Positions 36,001-47,680 of a DNA stretch of 64,000 nucleotides are shown here, piece by piece; position 1 is the first letter of the stretch, and each line of letters opens with the position of its first letter. The stretch is from NCBI GenBank assembly GCA_002269645.1, contig NIVC01002327.1:1-64000 (forward strand). The letters are read 5' to 3'. Under the pieces are notes generated by a model. The model saw only the letters and a list, made by a program, of their open reading frames with translations, was not told the origin of the DNA and did no database searches. The position numbers were made by a program, and so were the translations under genes. The DNA is from Macrostomum lignano (taxonomy: Eukaryota).

Positions 36001-39000
36001 TACACAGTCTGCATCGATCGGCTGATTAATTCGCAAGAGTTCTGCTTAGAACTGCTCCGGTTCACTGCCGATAATGCCGAACCATTATGCTGGGAGCATG
36101 GAATCACTGTCCGCCATTTTCCCAGCCTCATCAAACTGCTAGCCAGGTGGCCGTCTACCTTTGCTGACATGTTTGCCGATAAGATCCTGCCAGCTTGCCT
36201 GTCGCCCGCCTGCAGCCTGGAGATGCTGCACTGCCTCATCGATTTGCCCTGTCTGTCTGCTCTGTACGAGTTGAATCGGTTGGAATCGCTGGGTCCGGAT
36301 TTTATTGCGCAACTCCCTGCTAATGTGAGTGTTACCTAATGTGAGTGTTGCCTAATGTGAGTGTTGCCTAATGTGAGTGTTGCCTAATGTGAGTGTTGCC
36401 TAATGTGAGTGTTGCCTAATGCGAGTGTTGCCTAATGTGAATGTTGCCTAATGTGAGTGTTACCTAATGTGAGTGTTGCCTAATGCGAGTGTTGCCTAAT
36501 GCGAGTGTTGCCTAATGTGAGTGTTGCCTAATGTGAGTGTTGCCTAATGTGAGTGTTGCCTAATGTGAGTGTTGCCTAATGTGAGTGTTGCCTAATGCGA
36601 GTGTTGCCTAATGCGAGTGTTGCCTAATGTGAGTGTTGCCTAATGTGAGTGTTGCCTAATGTGAGTGTTGCCTAATGTGAGTGTTGCCTAATGTGAGTGT
36701 TGCCTAATGTGAGTGTTGCCTAATGTGAGTGTTGCCTAATGTGAGTGTTGCCTAATGTGAGTGTTGCCTAATGTGAGTGTTGCCTAATGCGAGTGTTGCC
36801 TAATGTGAGTGTTGCCTAATGTGAGTGTTGCCTAATGTGAGTGTTGCCTAATGTGAGTGTTGCCTAATGTGAGTGTTGCCTAATGTGAGTGTTGCCTAAT
36901 GCGAGTGTTGCCTAATGTGAGTGTTGCCTAATGCGAGTGTTGCCTAATGCGAGTGTTGCCTAATGTGAGTGTTGCCTAATGTGAATGTTGCCTAATGTGA
37001 GTGTTGCCTAATGTGAGTGTTGCCTAATGCGAGTGTTGCCTAATGCGAGTGTTGCCTAATGTGAGTGTTGCCTAATGTGAGTGTTGCCTAATGTGAGTGT
37101 TGCCTAATGTGAGTGTTGCCTAATGCGAGTGTTGCCTAATGCGAGTGTTGCCTAATGCGAGTGTTGCCTAATGCGAGTGTTGCCTAATGCGAGTGTTGCC
37201 TAATGCGAGTGTTGCCTAATGTGAGTGAGGGCACGCACTCAAACACACGCTCCCACAGTGTGTACAGTGGGCTAGTCCTGGCTTTCTAATCGTCAAACAT
37301 GTACACCCTCTGTGCCTTGTAGGTTGGCCCTAATGGCTGTGAATCAAATGTGGCTCTCTGTCCCCCTCATCGACGTCTGCTTTTACAACTATCACATGAA
37401 GCTGGCATGTGTTGGGTCTTAGGTGGCTTCATCTGTTTGTCGACTTTACGAGTCTGTGATAAAACCTTATTTGATGCAGTGGTCTGGCTCAGCGGCCCGG
37501 GCTTGATTCCAAGTGTAGTCAAATTACGAGCGTAATTTGGGGCTAAATTGGAATCTCGGCTTGAATCTGTTCGTGCAATCAAAGTCCTTGTAGGCCACCC
37601 CAAGACACAATGAAGCGTACATGCCTAACGATAAAAAATAAGGTTAGGGCCGCTGTTCGCGGGCCTGTATCTGTGCGCTTGTGTGCCTGCTCAGGGTGGA
37701 ATGGGCAGTAATGCCTCTCGCCGGTTGTGTCTCGCCTCTCGCGAGATGCCTCTCGCTCGCACACAGCCCCCCGCCTCTGTAACTGAAACACTCTACACTA
37801 CTCTCTAACTTACAACAGATTCAGCCTTACGCTCTGTTCCTGACTCGTGACACCTCCGGCGCAGGCGACACTGCCGCTAAGCTTGAAGTGCTGTTTGACT
37901 ATCTGTCCGGCCAGCAGCGGCAGCAGCAGCGGCAACAGCAGCAAACTACAGGTGGGCCGCTTGTTGCCGCCGCCTGCTCTGCCAGTCTCCGCCTATTGGA
38001 CGAATTCGCCAATTTGATTTTGCTGCTGACAGCAGATGAAGTCTACAGCTCCGATGCCATTGACGATGTCGGCGGCGGCGGCGATTGCGGCGACTGTTCG
38101 AGCCGGATGCTGCCCGCTCTGGCCGAGCGCAGCCTGCTGGTGTTCGGCGGACATCGACACGCCGACGCCGTGGCCAGACGGTTGGCCCTGCTGGCTCGCC
38201 GACTGATTGATCGGCGGCCGAGGGCGCTGCTGGACCAGCTGGACGAGTGCCTGGACTTCGCCGCGGCCCAGTGGAAGCGAGCAATTGGCCGGGCGCTGCC
38301 GATGTACCTCACTTTGTTGTGGGGCTTTGGCGAAGCCTGCAGCAGACGACGCGCGGACAATGACGAGTTGGACGGCGCGGATTCTGGCGAGGTGGGCGGC
38401 GAAAGCGAGGCTCAGCGCATCGCCCGACTGTACGAGTGCCTGGAACTGTTGGCCTACGAGATTCTGGCCGCGAAACTGGGCTGGTCGGCTCTGCCGCCCC
38501 GATTTTGGTGCTGTCTGGCCACCAGCCTGGCCAAGGTGGCCTGCTCTGTACAGGTGAGCCCTGGTGCTACTGGTGCTGTTGAGGTTGGGCATATGGAGCT
38601 GCAGACAGACCGAAAGCTAGGGTCATGATTCCGGGCTCAGCTGAGTGGGTCATGATTCCGGCGTCAGCAGTGGGTCAGGATTCCGGCGTCAGCAGTGGGT
38701 CAGGATTCCGGCGTCAGCAGTGGGTCAGGATTCCGGCGTCAGCAGTGGATCATGATTCCGGCGTCAGCAGTGGGTCATGATTCCGGCGTCAGCAGTGGAT
38801 CATGATTCCGGCGTCAGCAGTGGATCATGATTCCGGGCTAATCAGGAAGGCATTTAGGTGTGGGGTTAATCAGGAAGGCATTTAGGTGTGGGGTTAATCA
38901 GGGAGCCATTCAGGTGTGGGGCTAATCAGGGAGCCATTTAAGTGGGGCTAATCAGGGAGCCATTTAAGTGGGGCTAATCAGGGAGCCATTTAAGTGGGGC

Positions 39001-39441
39001 TAATCAGGGAGCCATTTAAGTGGGGCTAATCAGGGAGCCATTTAAGTGGGGCTAATCAGGGAGCCATTTAAGTGGGGCTAATCAGGGAGCCATTTAAGTG
39101 GGGCTAATCAGGGAGCCATTCAGGTGCGGGGCTAATCAAGCTTCCACGGCTTTACACCATATTCCCGCTAGGACAATATGCACCGGTGCCTGCTAGTGCT
39201 GACTAAGATTCGGACCTACGCCGAGTCCTGCCCACCGTCGCCTGACTGCGGCTACGCAGAGATTCAATGCCTGCTCACCCGGCTAGGGGAACTGCTGGCC
39301 CTTCTGCGTCAGCCAACTGTTGGACCGCACGTTCTGCAGCCCGACTGGTCAACGGCGCTTGAAGGCCTTCGGGCGCACGAGAATCCGCAGTCTGTGGCCC
39401 GAGTTACTCAGCTGGTTACTAGGCTTGGGCTCGAACTGTAG
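33020..39441 (+). CDS. AP5Z1: AP-5 complex subunit zeta-1 (SPG48), 6 exons, about 867 aa
   Basis: Exons 33020-33473, 34301-34686, 34838-35182, 35911-36324, 37819-38553 and 39172-39441 with consistent phases (1,0,0,0,0). FPSLIKLLARWP...LEMLHCLIDLPCLSA, LLWGFGE...IARLYECLELLAYE and LAKVACSVQDNMHRCLLVLTKI match recalled AP5Z1 motifs. Confidence 0.88.
33531..34185. repeat. Compound minisatellite: 18-bp CTCTGTAGCTGGCGCCCC then 21-23-bp CTCTGTACTGTAGCTGGCGCC, AP5Z1 intron 1
   Basis: Read directly; the unit switches near 33960. Confidence 0.95.
35223..35770. repeat. 27-bp minisatellite (TAGGGAGCGGCTAAAGTGACCGGCCAG), about 20 copies, AP5Z1 intron 3
   Basis: Read directly. Confidence 0.95.
36321..37227. 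repeat. 16-bp minisatellite (TAATGTGAGTGTTGCC), about 56 copies, spanning the AP5Z1 exon 4 donor site
   Basis: Read directly; the first unit contains the authentic AAT|GTGAGT junction at 36324/36325. Confidence 0.96.
37473..37790 (+). mobile_element. Second copy of the tRNA-derived SINE, AP5Z1 intron 4
   Basis: Colinear with 13927-14288: GGCTTGATTCCAAGTG, AATTTGGGGCT-AATTGGAAT, TACATGCCTAAC, GTTAGGGCCGCTGT, GGAATGGGCAGTAATGCCTCTCGCCGGTTGTGT. Confidence 0.85.
38620..39138. repeat. Two abutting minisatellites (25-bp TGGGTCAGGATTCCGGCGTCAGCAG; 26-bp GGGGCTAATCAGGGAGCCATTTAAGT), AP5Z1 intron 5
   Basis: Read directly; junction near 38836. Confidence 0.93.
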
Positions 39442-39523
39442 TGATTTAAAACTGAACAGTTAGTTGGGTAGAACAACAAGGGTTCACTAGGCATGACGGA
39501 GCACTCTTGAGTCCCGCACTATT

Positions 39524-40343
39524 GAGGGAGACTCAGAATGACTGAGCACTAAAGGGATGATAGATAACTGTGTGCTCGAGAGGACTCAAAATGACTGAGC
39601 ACTCAAGGGGACTCAAAATGACTGAGCACTCTAGGGGACTCAAAATGACTGAGCACTAGAGGGACTCTAAAAAACTGTGTGTTCGAGAGGACTCTAAATA
39701 ACTGTGTGCTCAAGGGGACTCAGAATGACTGAGCACTCTAGGGGACTCAAAATGACTGAGCACTAGAGGGACTCTAAATAACTGTGTGTTCGAGAGGACT
39801 CTAAATAACTGTGTGCTCAAGGGGACTCAGAATGACTGAGCACTAGAGGGACTCAAAATGACTCAGCACTCTAGGGACTCAGAATGACTGAGCACTCTAG
39901 GGACTCAAAATGACTGAGCACTCGAGGGACTCAAAATGACTGAGCACTCGAGGGACTCAAAATGACTGAGCACTCGAGGAACTCAAAACGACTGAGCGCT
40001 CGAGGGACTCAAAATGACTCAGCACTCTAGGGACTCAAAATGACTGAGCACTCGGGGGACTCAAAATGACTGAGCACTCGGGGGACTCAAAATGACTGAG
40101 CACTCGAGGGACTCAAAATGACTCAGCACTCTAGGGACTCAAAATGACTCAGCACTCTAGGGACTCAAAATGACTCAGCACTCTAGGGACTCAAAATGAC
40201 TGAGCACTCGGGGGACTCAAATGACTGAGCACTCGAGGGACTCAAAATGACTCAGCACTCGAGGGACTCAAAATGACATGACTGAGCACTCGAGGGACTC
40301 AAATGACTCAGCACTCGAGGGACCCAAAATGACGGAGCACTCG
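39524..40343. repeat. 26-bp minisatellite (GAGGGACTCAAAATGACTGAGCACTC) downstream of AP5Z1
   Basis: Read directly. Confidence 0.93.
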
Positions 40344-40775
40344 AAAAACTTGCCGTCACTTCAAGGATTCTGAATGACAAGTTTTTAGTTACGCTCGTAC
40401 ATGGCGACTTAATGAATAAATTGATTAGTGTCTAAGCAGTATATTTGTGTATTATTTCTCGCATTTTTAGTGTCTTGTTAAGTTGTTATTATTGACTAAA
40501 TTTCATAAAATCATATCAGAAAGACTTCCATTAAATGTAGTAAAAAACTTTCATCGATTTCGCTGCTTTAATTATTGTATTGATTTCCATTGCACTACAG
40601 AATATTTCAATAAGCGATTATATGAATAGGTAATTCCTCTCTGTGATTTCTACAGTGTAACTGTTTGCCATTTGCAATAAAGTTAGCCAAATATGAGATT
40701 TTACAGATGTTTTAAGTGCGAGTACGTTAACTCCATTTAAAATAATATTTATGTGCTTATTACTGGGATTTTGTA

Positions 40776-40858
40776 TGTCTGATGTCTGTCTGTCTGTCTG
40801 TCTTAGTGTCTGTCTTAGTGTCTGTCTGTCTGTCTGTCTTAGTGTCTGTCTGTCTTAG

Positions 40859-40891
<33 letters not shown>

Positions 40892-40962
40892 TAGTGTCTG
40901 TCTGTCTGTCTGTCTGTCTTACTGTTTGTCTGTCTGTCTGTCTGTCTGTATGTCTGTCTGTA

Positions 40963-41019
<57 letters not shown>

Positions 41020-41021
41020 TA

Positions 41022-41095
<74 letters not shown>

Positions 41096-41098
41096 TAG

Positions 41099-41147
<49 letters not shown>

Positions 41148-41222
41148 TACTGTTTGTCTGTCTTAGTGTCTGTCTGTCTTACTGTCTGTCTTAGTGTCTG
41201 TCTGTCTGTCTGTCTATCTTAG

Positions 41223-41261
<39 letters not shown>

Positions 41262-41320
41262 GTCTGTCTGTCTGTCTGTCTGTCTGTCTTAGTGTCTGTC
41301 TGTCTGTCTGTCTGTCTTAG

Positions 41321-41377
<57 letters not shown>

Positions 41378-41405
41378 TAGTGTCTGTCTGTCTGTCTGTC
41401 TGTCT
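40776..41405. repeat. (TCTG)n microsatellite with TTAG interruptions
   Basis: Read directly. Confidence 0.97.
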
Positions 41406-41478
41406 AATATAGGCAGTATGCATTCACAGGCGCTTTCCCATACTAATATTGCATGCAAGAAGCCAGCAAGCCGCCAGC

Positions 41479-43733
41479 ATGCACGTGCCCCTCCTGGTGT
41501 TAATGTGCTCAGTGAGCGCGGTGCCGATCAGTTTCATATGCAATCACTTCCGCTCGGAGCTGACCGAGCCCGTCATCTTAGCGATCGGAGTAGCCGTGCT
41601 GTCCGCCATCTGCTTCATAATCTGGCTGGGCATGGACAAAGGCAAGCCTATTGAGCCTCTGTATTTCCCGTTCGCGCTTGGCTGCTTCGGCTGCGCCATC
41701 GACATGGTGATCTCCATGGACATGGACGGCTTTGTTGACGGATTTGCCGATTTCTATCTGGAGAAGGGCGAGTCGTATTTGAAAACTTCGCACGGATTGT
41801 ACATCAACTACTGGGACGGTGTGGTGCACTACGCCCAGTACCTGTACATGGTTACCGCTATCTACTGGAATGGCGAGTACAGGCACACCAGTCTGTACTG
41901 GTTCGGCTCTATGATGAATAGTATTATTGTGTTGCTATGCGGCGCAGCCTGCGGGCCTCATCAGCTTAGGCCGGCTTTGCTGCTTAATGTACCGTTTGCA
42001 CTCTACCCGCTGTACGTGCTGCACAGGGCTCTGCGAACCGCCGACTGGTCGGACACTGGGCTGCGGCCCGCCTGTCTGGCTGGCCTGCGTGCCAGGTAGG
42101 TGAAATTAGCAAATTAACCCTTTTTGCTTCCTATCATAGCAGAGGCGGAACATGAAATGAGCTGCTTTCTTATCATAACTAAGATTGGTCACACGCATAT
42201 AATTGGTTTAACAGTTTCTCTACTACTTTTAGTTTAAGTAGCAAAGAAGAATGTATAAGCTATTTTATGAAGAAGACGCTAAAAACAGTTGAAATCTACA
42301 TCAGCCAGCGCTACTAAACACAGGCATGACAACTGTAGGCATTATTCTAATTATTCTTTCCATAGAATTCCTTCATCTATGTCCATTGATATTGTGCCAT
42401 AGACGTTATTCAGTCTGGGTGCCGGTCTGGGGCGTGGCTGAGGGCGAAGACTCAACTTGAAACAATAGACTATTCTATTCTAGAATAAAAACGAACTGAA
42501 GCAAAAGTTATAACAAACTATTGTACAAATGTCCTTCTTGCCATGGATGGCCAATATCTGTGCCTCTTAATAGCCATAGACCATTGTGGCCCAAACTCCA
42601 TTAACTTCCCGGAAATTTCTTTAAAGAAAACAAAAAATAGTCTATGGTAATAATGGGTGGGGACTCCGCCTTCAAACCCCATCGCTCACTCTGGTGTAGC
42701 TTTTGAAGAATGTCTATGGTACAATATGATTATATATCTATGGCCTAGTGCAACAGTATCATAAAAATGTCTATGGTATTGCACTGTTCGTGGTTGTACG
42801 CACTCCGTTGTAATCACTGTCCTTGCCATCCTTGATACCAATAAAGGCGCGAGCCTCGTATGTTGCTCCAATTCTCAAAATATTCAGATGAGTCAGATGA
42901 GTGACATCTGATAAAAGTAGCGGGCTCTTATACGATAAACAGACGTATGCCACACACAATCCCTCTTCGTGGTTGTAGGTATTCATCGTACATTCAGGAC
43001 CACAAAAGATGTACATCACCTGACTGACTGGCGCCCCTCTTATCAAGCCTCATATTTTAGACCCTAGCCTCGAGAATATTCTATATTCACTCGAACTGCA
43101 CTCCCTCTAGGGGATGAGCTAAATCAGGGGAGGTGCATCCTATAAACAATCAAAAGTTTAAAAGTTCATAATGTCTCAATATTCAATGCCAATCATGCCA
43201 GACGCTTCCCCGGTTTAGCCGACGCCTGTCTCGCCTTGGCCTGCATAGCAACCGCTTGTATCTGCCTGCTTCGAGCTGTAGTTGCCGTCGGCTGCAATCA
43301 CCCGGTGTGCCGCTACCTGGCCGTTGATGTTGATCCCTACAGCGGTGACGCGGAAAGATTTCCACTATTCCAGCTGCTCACTTACGCCTATTTTCTAGCA
43401 CCGTTCCTGCTAGCCGTTGCTAGGGCTCTGCTGGCCCCGGCAACCGGGCTAAATATACGAGCCCTGTTAGACTGGTCGCTAGTTGCCGCAGGCGCCGTTG
43501 CTCAGGGCCAGTTCTCCTACACTTTAGCGCCATTTCACCTGCGCACTCCGTTTGCTAGGCGGGTCCCGTCGCAGGCCGGGCCCAGAGCCATATTTCTGGC
43601 TATTAACCTGTGCGTAGCTCTGGTGCCTCATCTGGTGCTGCTGCGATTGCGCCGGCTTAGTAAAGACCTGTCAGTCTCCGATGAGGCTGCTACTACTCTT
43701 CGTACTAGCGATAGTCGAAAGAAGGATAATTAA
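41479..43733 (+). CDS. TM6SF1: Transmembrane 6 superfamily member 1/2-like (two EXPERA domains), 2 exons, about 382 aa
   Basis: Exons 41479-42095 and 43202-43733 (phase 2). [36 protein letters not shown]...LYWFGS and [25 protein letters not shown] match recalled TM6SF1/2 motifs. TM6SF1 versus TM6SF2 is not resolvable. Confidence 0.88.
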
Positions 43734-43818
43734 CATCGAGTTTAATAAATTTATCCTGATTTTTAGCTATTTTTTATATGCGGCTTAAGTTTTGGATTAG
43801 ACTTTTGTTGTACTGTGC

Positions 43819-44090
43819 TGTCTGTCTACTGTCAAGCCTGTGTCTTCCTTGTCTGTCTACTGTCAAGCCTGTGTCTTTGTCTGTCTACTGTCAAGCCTGT
43901 GTCTTTGTCTGTCTACTGTCAAGCCTGTGTCTTTGTCTGTCTACTGTCAAGCCTGTGTCTTCACTGTCTGTCTACTGTCAAGCCTGTGTCTTCACTGTCT
44001 GTCTACTGTCAAGCCTGTGTCTTCATTGTCTGTCTACTGTCAAGCCTGTTTCTTTGTCTGTCTACTGTCAAGCCTGTGTCTTTGTCTGTC
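43819..44090. repeat. 28-31-bp minisatellite (TGTCTGTCTACTGTCAAGCCTGTGTCTT) downstream of TM6SF1
   Basis: Read directly. Confidence 0.92.
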
Positions 44091-44855
44091 TTGTTTAATC
44101 ATGACGTCTGATTTGTCTGTCCAAGTAATGTCATGTATTTTTAAGACGCAACTTATTCTGATTAAAGAAGTCGAAATTGGAAGCTTACATGTAATCTTGT
44201 AAATGATTTTTATATATTTTTAATTACAAAGCCATATTATGCCTCTAGTTGTGACGAAATTAATAGGGATATTATCCATCAAATTAATAGCCATTAAATG
44301 AGTTGTTAATACTCTCTTCCCCGGTTTGCGGAACATGCTTTATCATAATTATTTATCTTTAAATAAAAAAGTTGTTATATTAAATAGTTTTTTCTTAATT
44401 TTAAATTCTTCGATTATATTCATTAAGTAACTGCTCAATCAGACTGTTTAAGCTTTATTTAACCATTTTTTTAGTTTGTCGTTGCAGTTCTCGTCGATTT
44501 GTCTTAACTTTTATCTTATCAATCAGTCATACGATTACGAAGTAGTATCAGAATAACTGTGTGCTAATACACCATCCCCTATTGTTTCTAACTTTTTTTT
44601 ATTGATTTAAAGTTAAATAGATAGGATATCTTTTTTGTTAGGAAATATTGTTAATTAAACATTTTCGAACAGTCTGATTTGTTTTTAGTTCTTTTTTTCA
44701 GTTTCTTCCTCAAAGGCGTAGATGTTGATGTAGCCGATATGTATCGAAAATGGTCTTTCAGGATAGCCGATATGTATCGAAAATAGTCTTTCAAGGATAG
44801 CCGCATCTATACAGCCGATATGTATCGAAATGTTAAAAACCCGTTGCAGACAGCC

Positions 44856-45983
44856 ATGCTAGCTGATCTACTCTGGTCGGAGCGGTTCTGGTTCCCCGAC
44901 AACGTTACTTGGAACGATTTGTCTGCCGACACCGATTTCGAATCTCCAAGCAACGGTCCTAGGTTCGCGCCCCGTCCGCGTCACCTATGCGCCGCCGTCG
45001 CTTTTGGAGCTGTTATTCATCTGGCGCGTCGTTTTATCGAACACTCGGCGCTGGAGCCGCTCGGCCGCCGGCTCGGTGTGGCCGGCAGCTCGGCCAGCGC
45101 AACGCCTGCGCCGCCGGCCAACGCCACTCTGGAGGCTCTTTATCGCTCAGCCAAACGGCGTCCGGACAGTTCGGCCATGCTGGCCGCAGCCAGCCAGCTC
45201 GACTGGCCGGTTCGCCGCGTCGAACGCTGGTTTCGTCAGCGTCGCAACTCCGAGAAATCGTCTACGCTGCGTAAATTCGTTGAGAGCGCCTGGTTTATTG
45301 TCTATTATTGCGTTGCGCTGACCTGTGGCGCTGCTGTGCTGCTGCAGCAGCCATATTTTTGGAATACCCGCCTCTGCTGGCTTGGCTGGCCCTATCTGCA
45401 CGTGACCTGGCCAGTTCGCTGCTATTACATTGGCCAGTTAGGCTTCTATTTAGCCTCGCTTTATAGCATATTTCACGACGTTAAGCGCAAGGATTTCTTC
45501 GAGATGCTGGTGCATCATCTGGTTACTGTGTGGCTGGTGGCATTCAGCTGGTGCGTCAATTTCGTCCGCATCGGCGCTCTGGTGCTGCTGCTGCACGACA
45601 TGGTTGACCCGCCGCTTCACCTGGCCAAGTGCCTTGGCTACGCTAATAAGAGACCAGCCTGCGACTGCGTGTTCTTTGTCTTCTATATTGGCTGGTTTGT
45701 CACTAGGCTGCTACTCTTCCCTATCTGGCTGATTCGCAGCGCTTCGATGGAGAGCTGGGCCGAGCTGGGCCCGTTCGGCGCCTACTGGGCCTTCAACGGG
45801 TGCCTGTGCGTGCTGCTCGTGCTGCACGTTGTCTGGTTCTATTTTATCTCGCGCATCGCCTGGCAGGCTGTCACTCACGGCCAGCTGCAGCGGGACACTC
45901 GCAGCGAGTCCGAGATGTCCGCCGATGAGGCCTGCGGCGCTCAGGGCGATCATTCCGGCAAGAATGAAAAGAAGGATCGTTGA
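44856..45983 (+). CDS. CERS: Ceramide synthase (CerS/LASS, Hox-like plus TLC domain), single coding exon, about 375 aa
   Basis: LWSERFWFPDNVTW, homeodomain-like WPVRRVERWFRQRRNSEK, Lag1p motif RKDFFEMLVHHLVT...RIGALVLLLHDMVD, and acidic C-terminal DTRSESE. The upstream ATG at 44820 sits in a short repeat, so 44856 is preferred. Confidence 0.93.
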   Translation: MLADLLWSERFWFPDNVTWNDLSADTDFESPSNGPRFAPRPRHLCAAVAFGAVIHLARRFIEHSALEPLGRRLGVAGSSASATPAPPANATLEALYRSAKRRPDSSAMLAAASQLDWPVRRVERWFRQRRNSEKSSTLRKFVESAWFIVYYCVALTCGAAVLLQQPYFWNTRLCWLGWPYLHVTWPVRCYYIGQLGFYLASLYSIFHDVKRKDFFEMLVHHLVTVWLVAFSWCVNFVRIGALVLLLHDMVDPPLHLAKCLGYANKRPACDCVFFVFYIGWFVTRLLLFPIWLIRSASMESWAELGPFGAYWAFNGCLCVLLVLHVVWFYFISRIAWQAVTHGQLQRDTRSESEMSADEACGAQGDHSGKNEKKDR

Positions 45984-46040
45984 ATGCTTGGCTAGGATGT
46001 TAGTTTGTCAGTGACTGTATGCGAAATACTCTATCTTGTT

Positions 46041-46607
46041 TGCAAATAGATAGGCTTTGCTTTTGGAAATAGATAGGCTTTGCTTTTGCAAATAGATAGG
46101 CTTTGCTTTTGGAAATAGATAGGCTTTGCTTTTGGAAATAGATAGGCTTTGCTTTTGCAAATAGATAGGCTTTGCTTTTGCAAATAGATAGGCTTTGCTT
46201 TTGCAAATAGATAGGCTTTGCTTTTGGAAATAGATAGGCTTTGCTTTTGGAAATAGATAGGCTTTGCTTTTGCAAATAGATAGGCTTTGCTTTTGCAAAT
46301 AGATAGGCTTTGCTTTTGCAAATAGATAGGCTTTGCTTTTGGAAATAGATAGGCTTTGCTTTTGGAAATAGATAGGCTTTGCTTTTGGAAATAGATAGGC
46401 TTTGCTTTCGGAAATAGATAGGCTTTGCTTTTGCAAATAGATAGGCTTTGCTTTTGCAAATAGATAGGCTTTGCTTTTGCAAATAGATAGGCTTTGCTTT
46501 TGGAAATAGATAGGCTTTGCTTTTGGAAATAGATAGGCTTTGCTTTCGGAAATAGATAGGCTTTGCTTTTGCAAATAGATAGGCTTTGCTTTTGCAAATA
46601 GATAGGC
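46041..46607. repeat. 23-bp minisatellite (AAATAGATAGGCTTTGCTTTTGC), about 24 copies
   Basis: Read directly; starts about 60 bp after the CerS stop. Confidence 0.96.
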
Positions 46608-46608
46608 T

Positions 46609-47066
46609 GGAATTAGTCTGGAATAGTCTGGAATTAGATTGGATTTAGTCTGGAATTAGATTGGCTTTAGTCTGGAATTAGATTGGCTTTAGTCTGGAAT
46701 TAGATTGGCTTTAGTCTGGAATTAGATTGGCTTTAGTCTGGAATTAGATTGGCTTTAGTCTGGAATTAGATTGGCTTTAGTCTGGAATTAGATTGGCTTT
46801 AGTCTGGAATTAGATTGGCTTTAGTCTGGAATTAGATTGGCTTTAGTCTGGAATTAGATTGGCTTTAGTCTGGAATTAGATTGGCTTTAGTCTGGAATTA
46901 GATTGGCTTTAGTCTGGAATTAGATTGGCTTTAGTCTGGAATTAGATTGGCTTTAGTCTGGAATTAGATTGGCTTTAGTCTGGAATTAGATTGGCTTTAG
47001 TCTGGAATTAGATTGGCTTTAGTCTGGAATTCGATTGGATTTAGTCTGGAATTAGATTGGATTTAG
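46609..47066. repeat. 22-bp minisatellite (TGGAATTAGATTGGCTTTAGTC), about 21 copies
   Basis: Read directly; abuts the 23-bp array. Confidence 0.96.
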
Positions 47067-47680
47067 CCTCAAATTTTTCTTCTGACTCAGTAATTGATAA
47101 CTTAACGCTTTGACTTCTGCTCACTGATTGATGAAGCTCTGATCTTGATGTTTTTTACCAGCTGACTGACAACCGCGAATTCAGATACACGCCCACCCTT
47201 TTCTTATTTCTTTTTTGAATCAAGTTTTTTAGACTTTTTGTTGTACTTTTTACCGTAGTTTTTTTATCCGAAATATTTTTTCTTCTGAGTTAAAATTCTC
47301 TATCATTCTCTTTTATGTCTGCATTTTGTCGGACAGTTTTGTGACTCATTCCTTAGTTTTACGTGGTTTTAAATTGTGCTAGCTTTTTTTAACTCTTTTG
47401 TACTGTCGTACGAGTAAGTTATGCATTGATTTTGTCTGTTTGTGTCCAGGTCGCGAAGTACTCGTAACTGTGCCTTTATTTCCAAAGCTTAGACGCCACT
47501 ACCCTCACAACTTCAACTCCAATAAATAAATCAATAAATTCCGTCTCTTCCCGTGCTCACTTTCCTACCTATTCAATTCTTGTTGTGACTTATTCATTTG
47601 GCTGTTTGAGTGTGACCTCAGCTGCTTTTATGCTTATGCTCAGTTAGTGTTGGATTACACGGATCTCAAATACCTGTCTG

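Noticed and set aside
46000-46597. Three-frame Lys-rich repeat ORFs
   Set aside because: A 23-bp array open in all minus frames; not coding.
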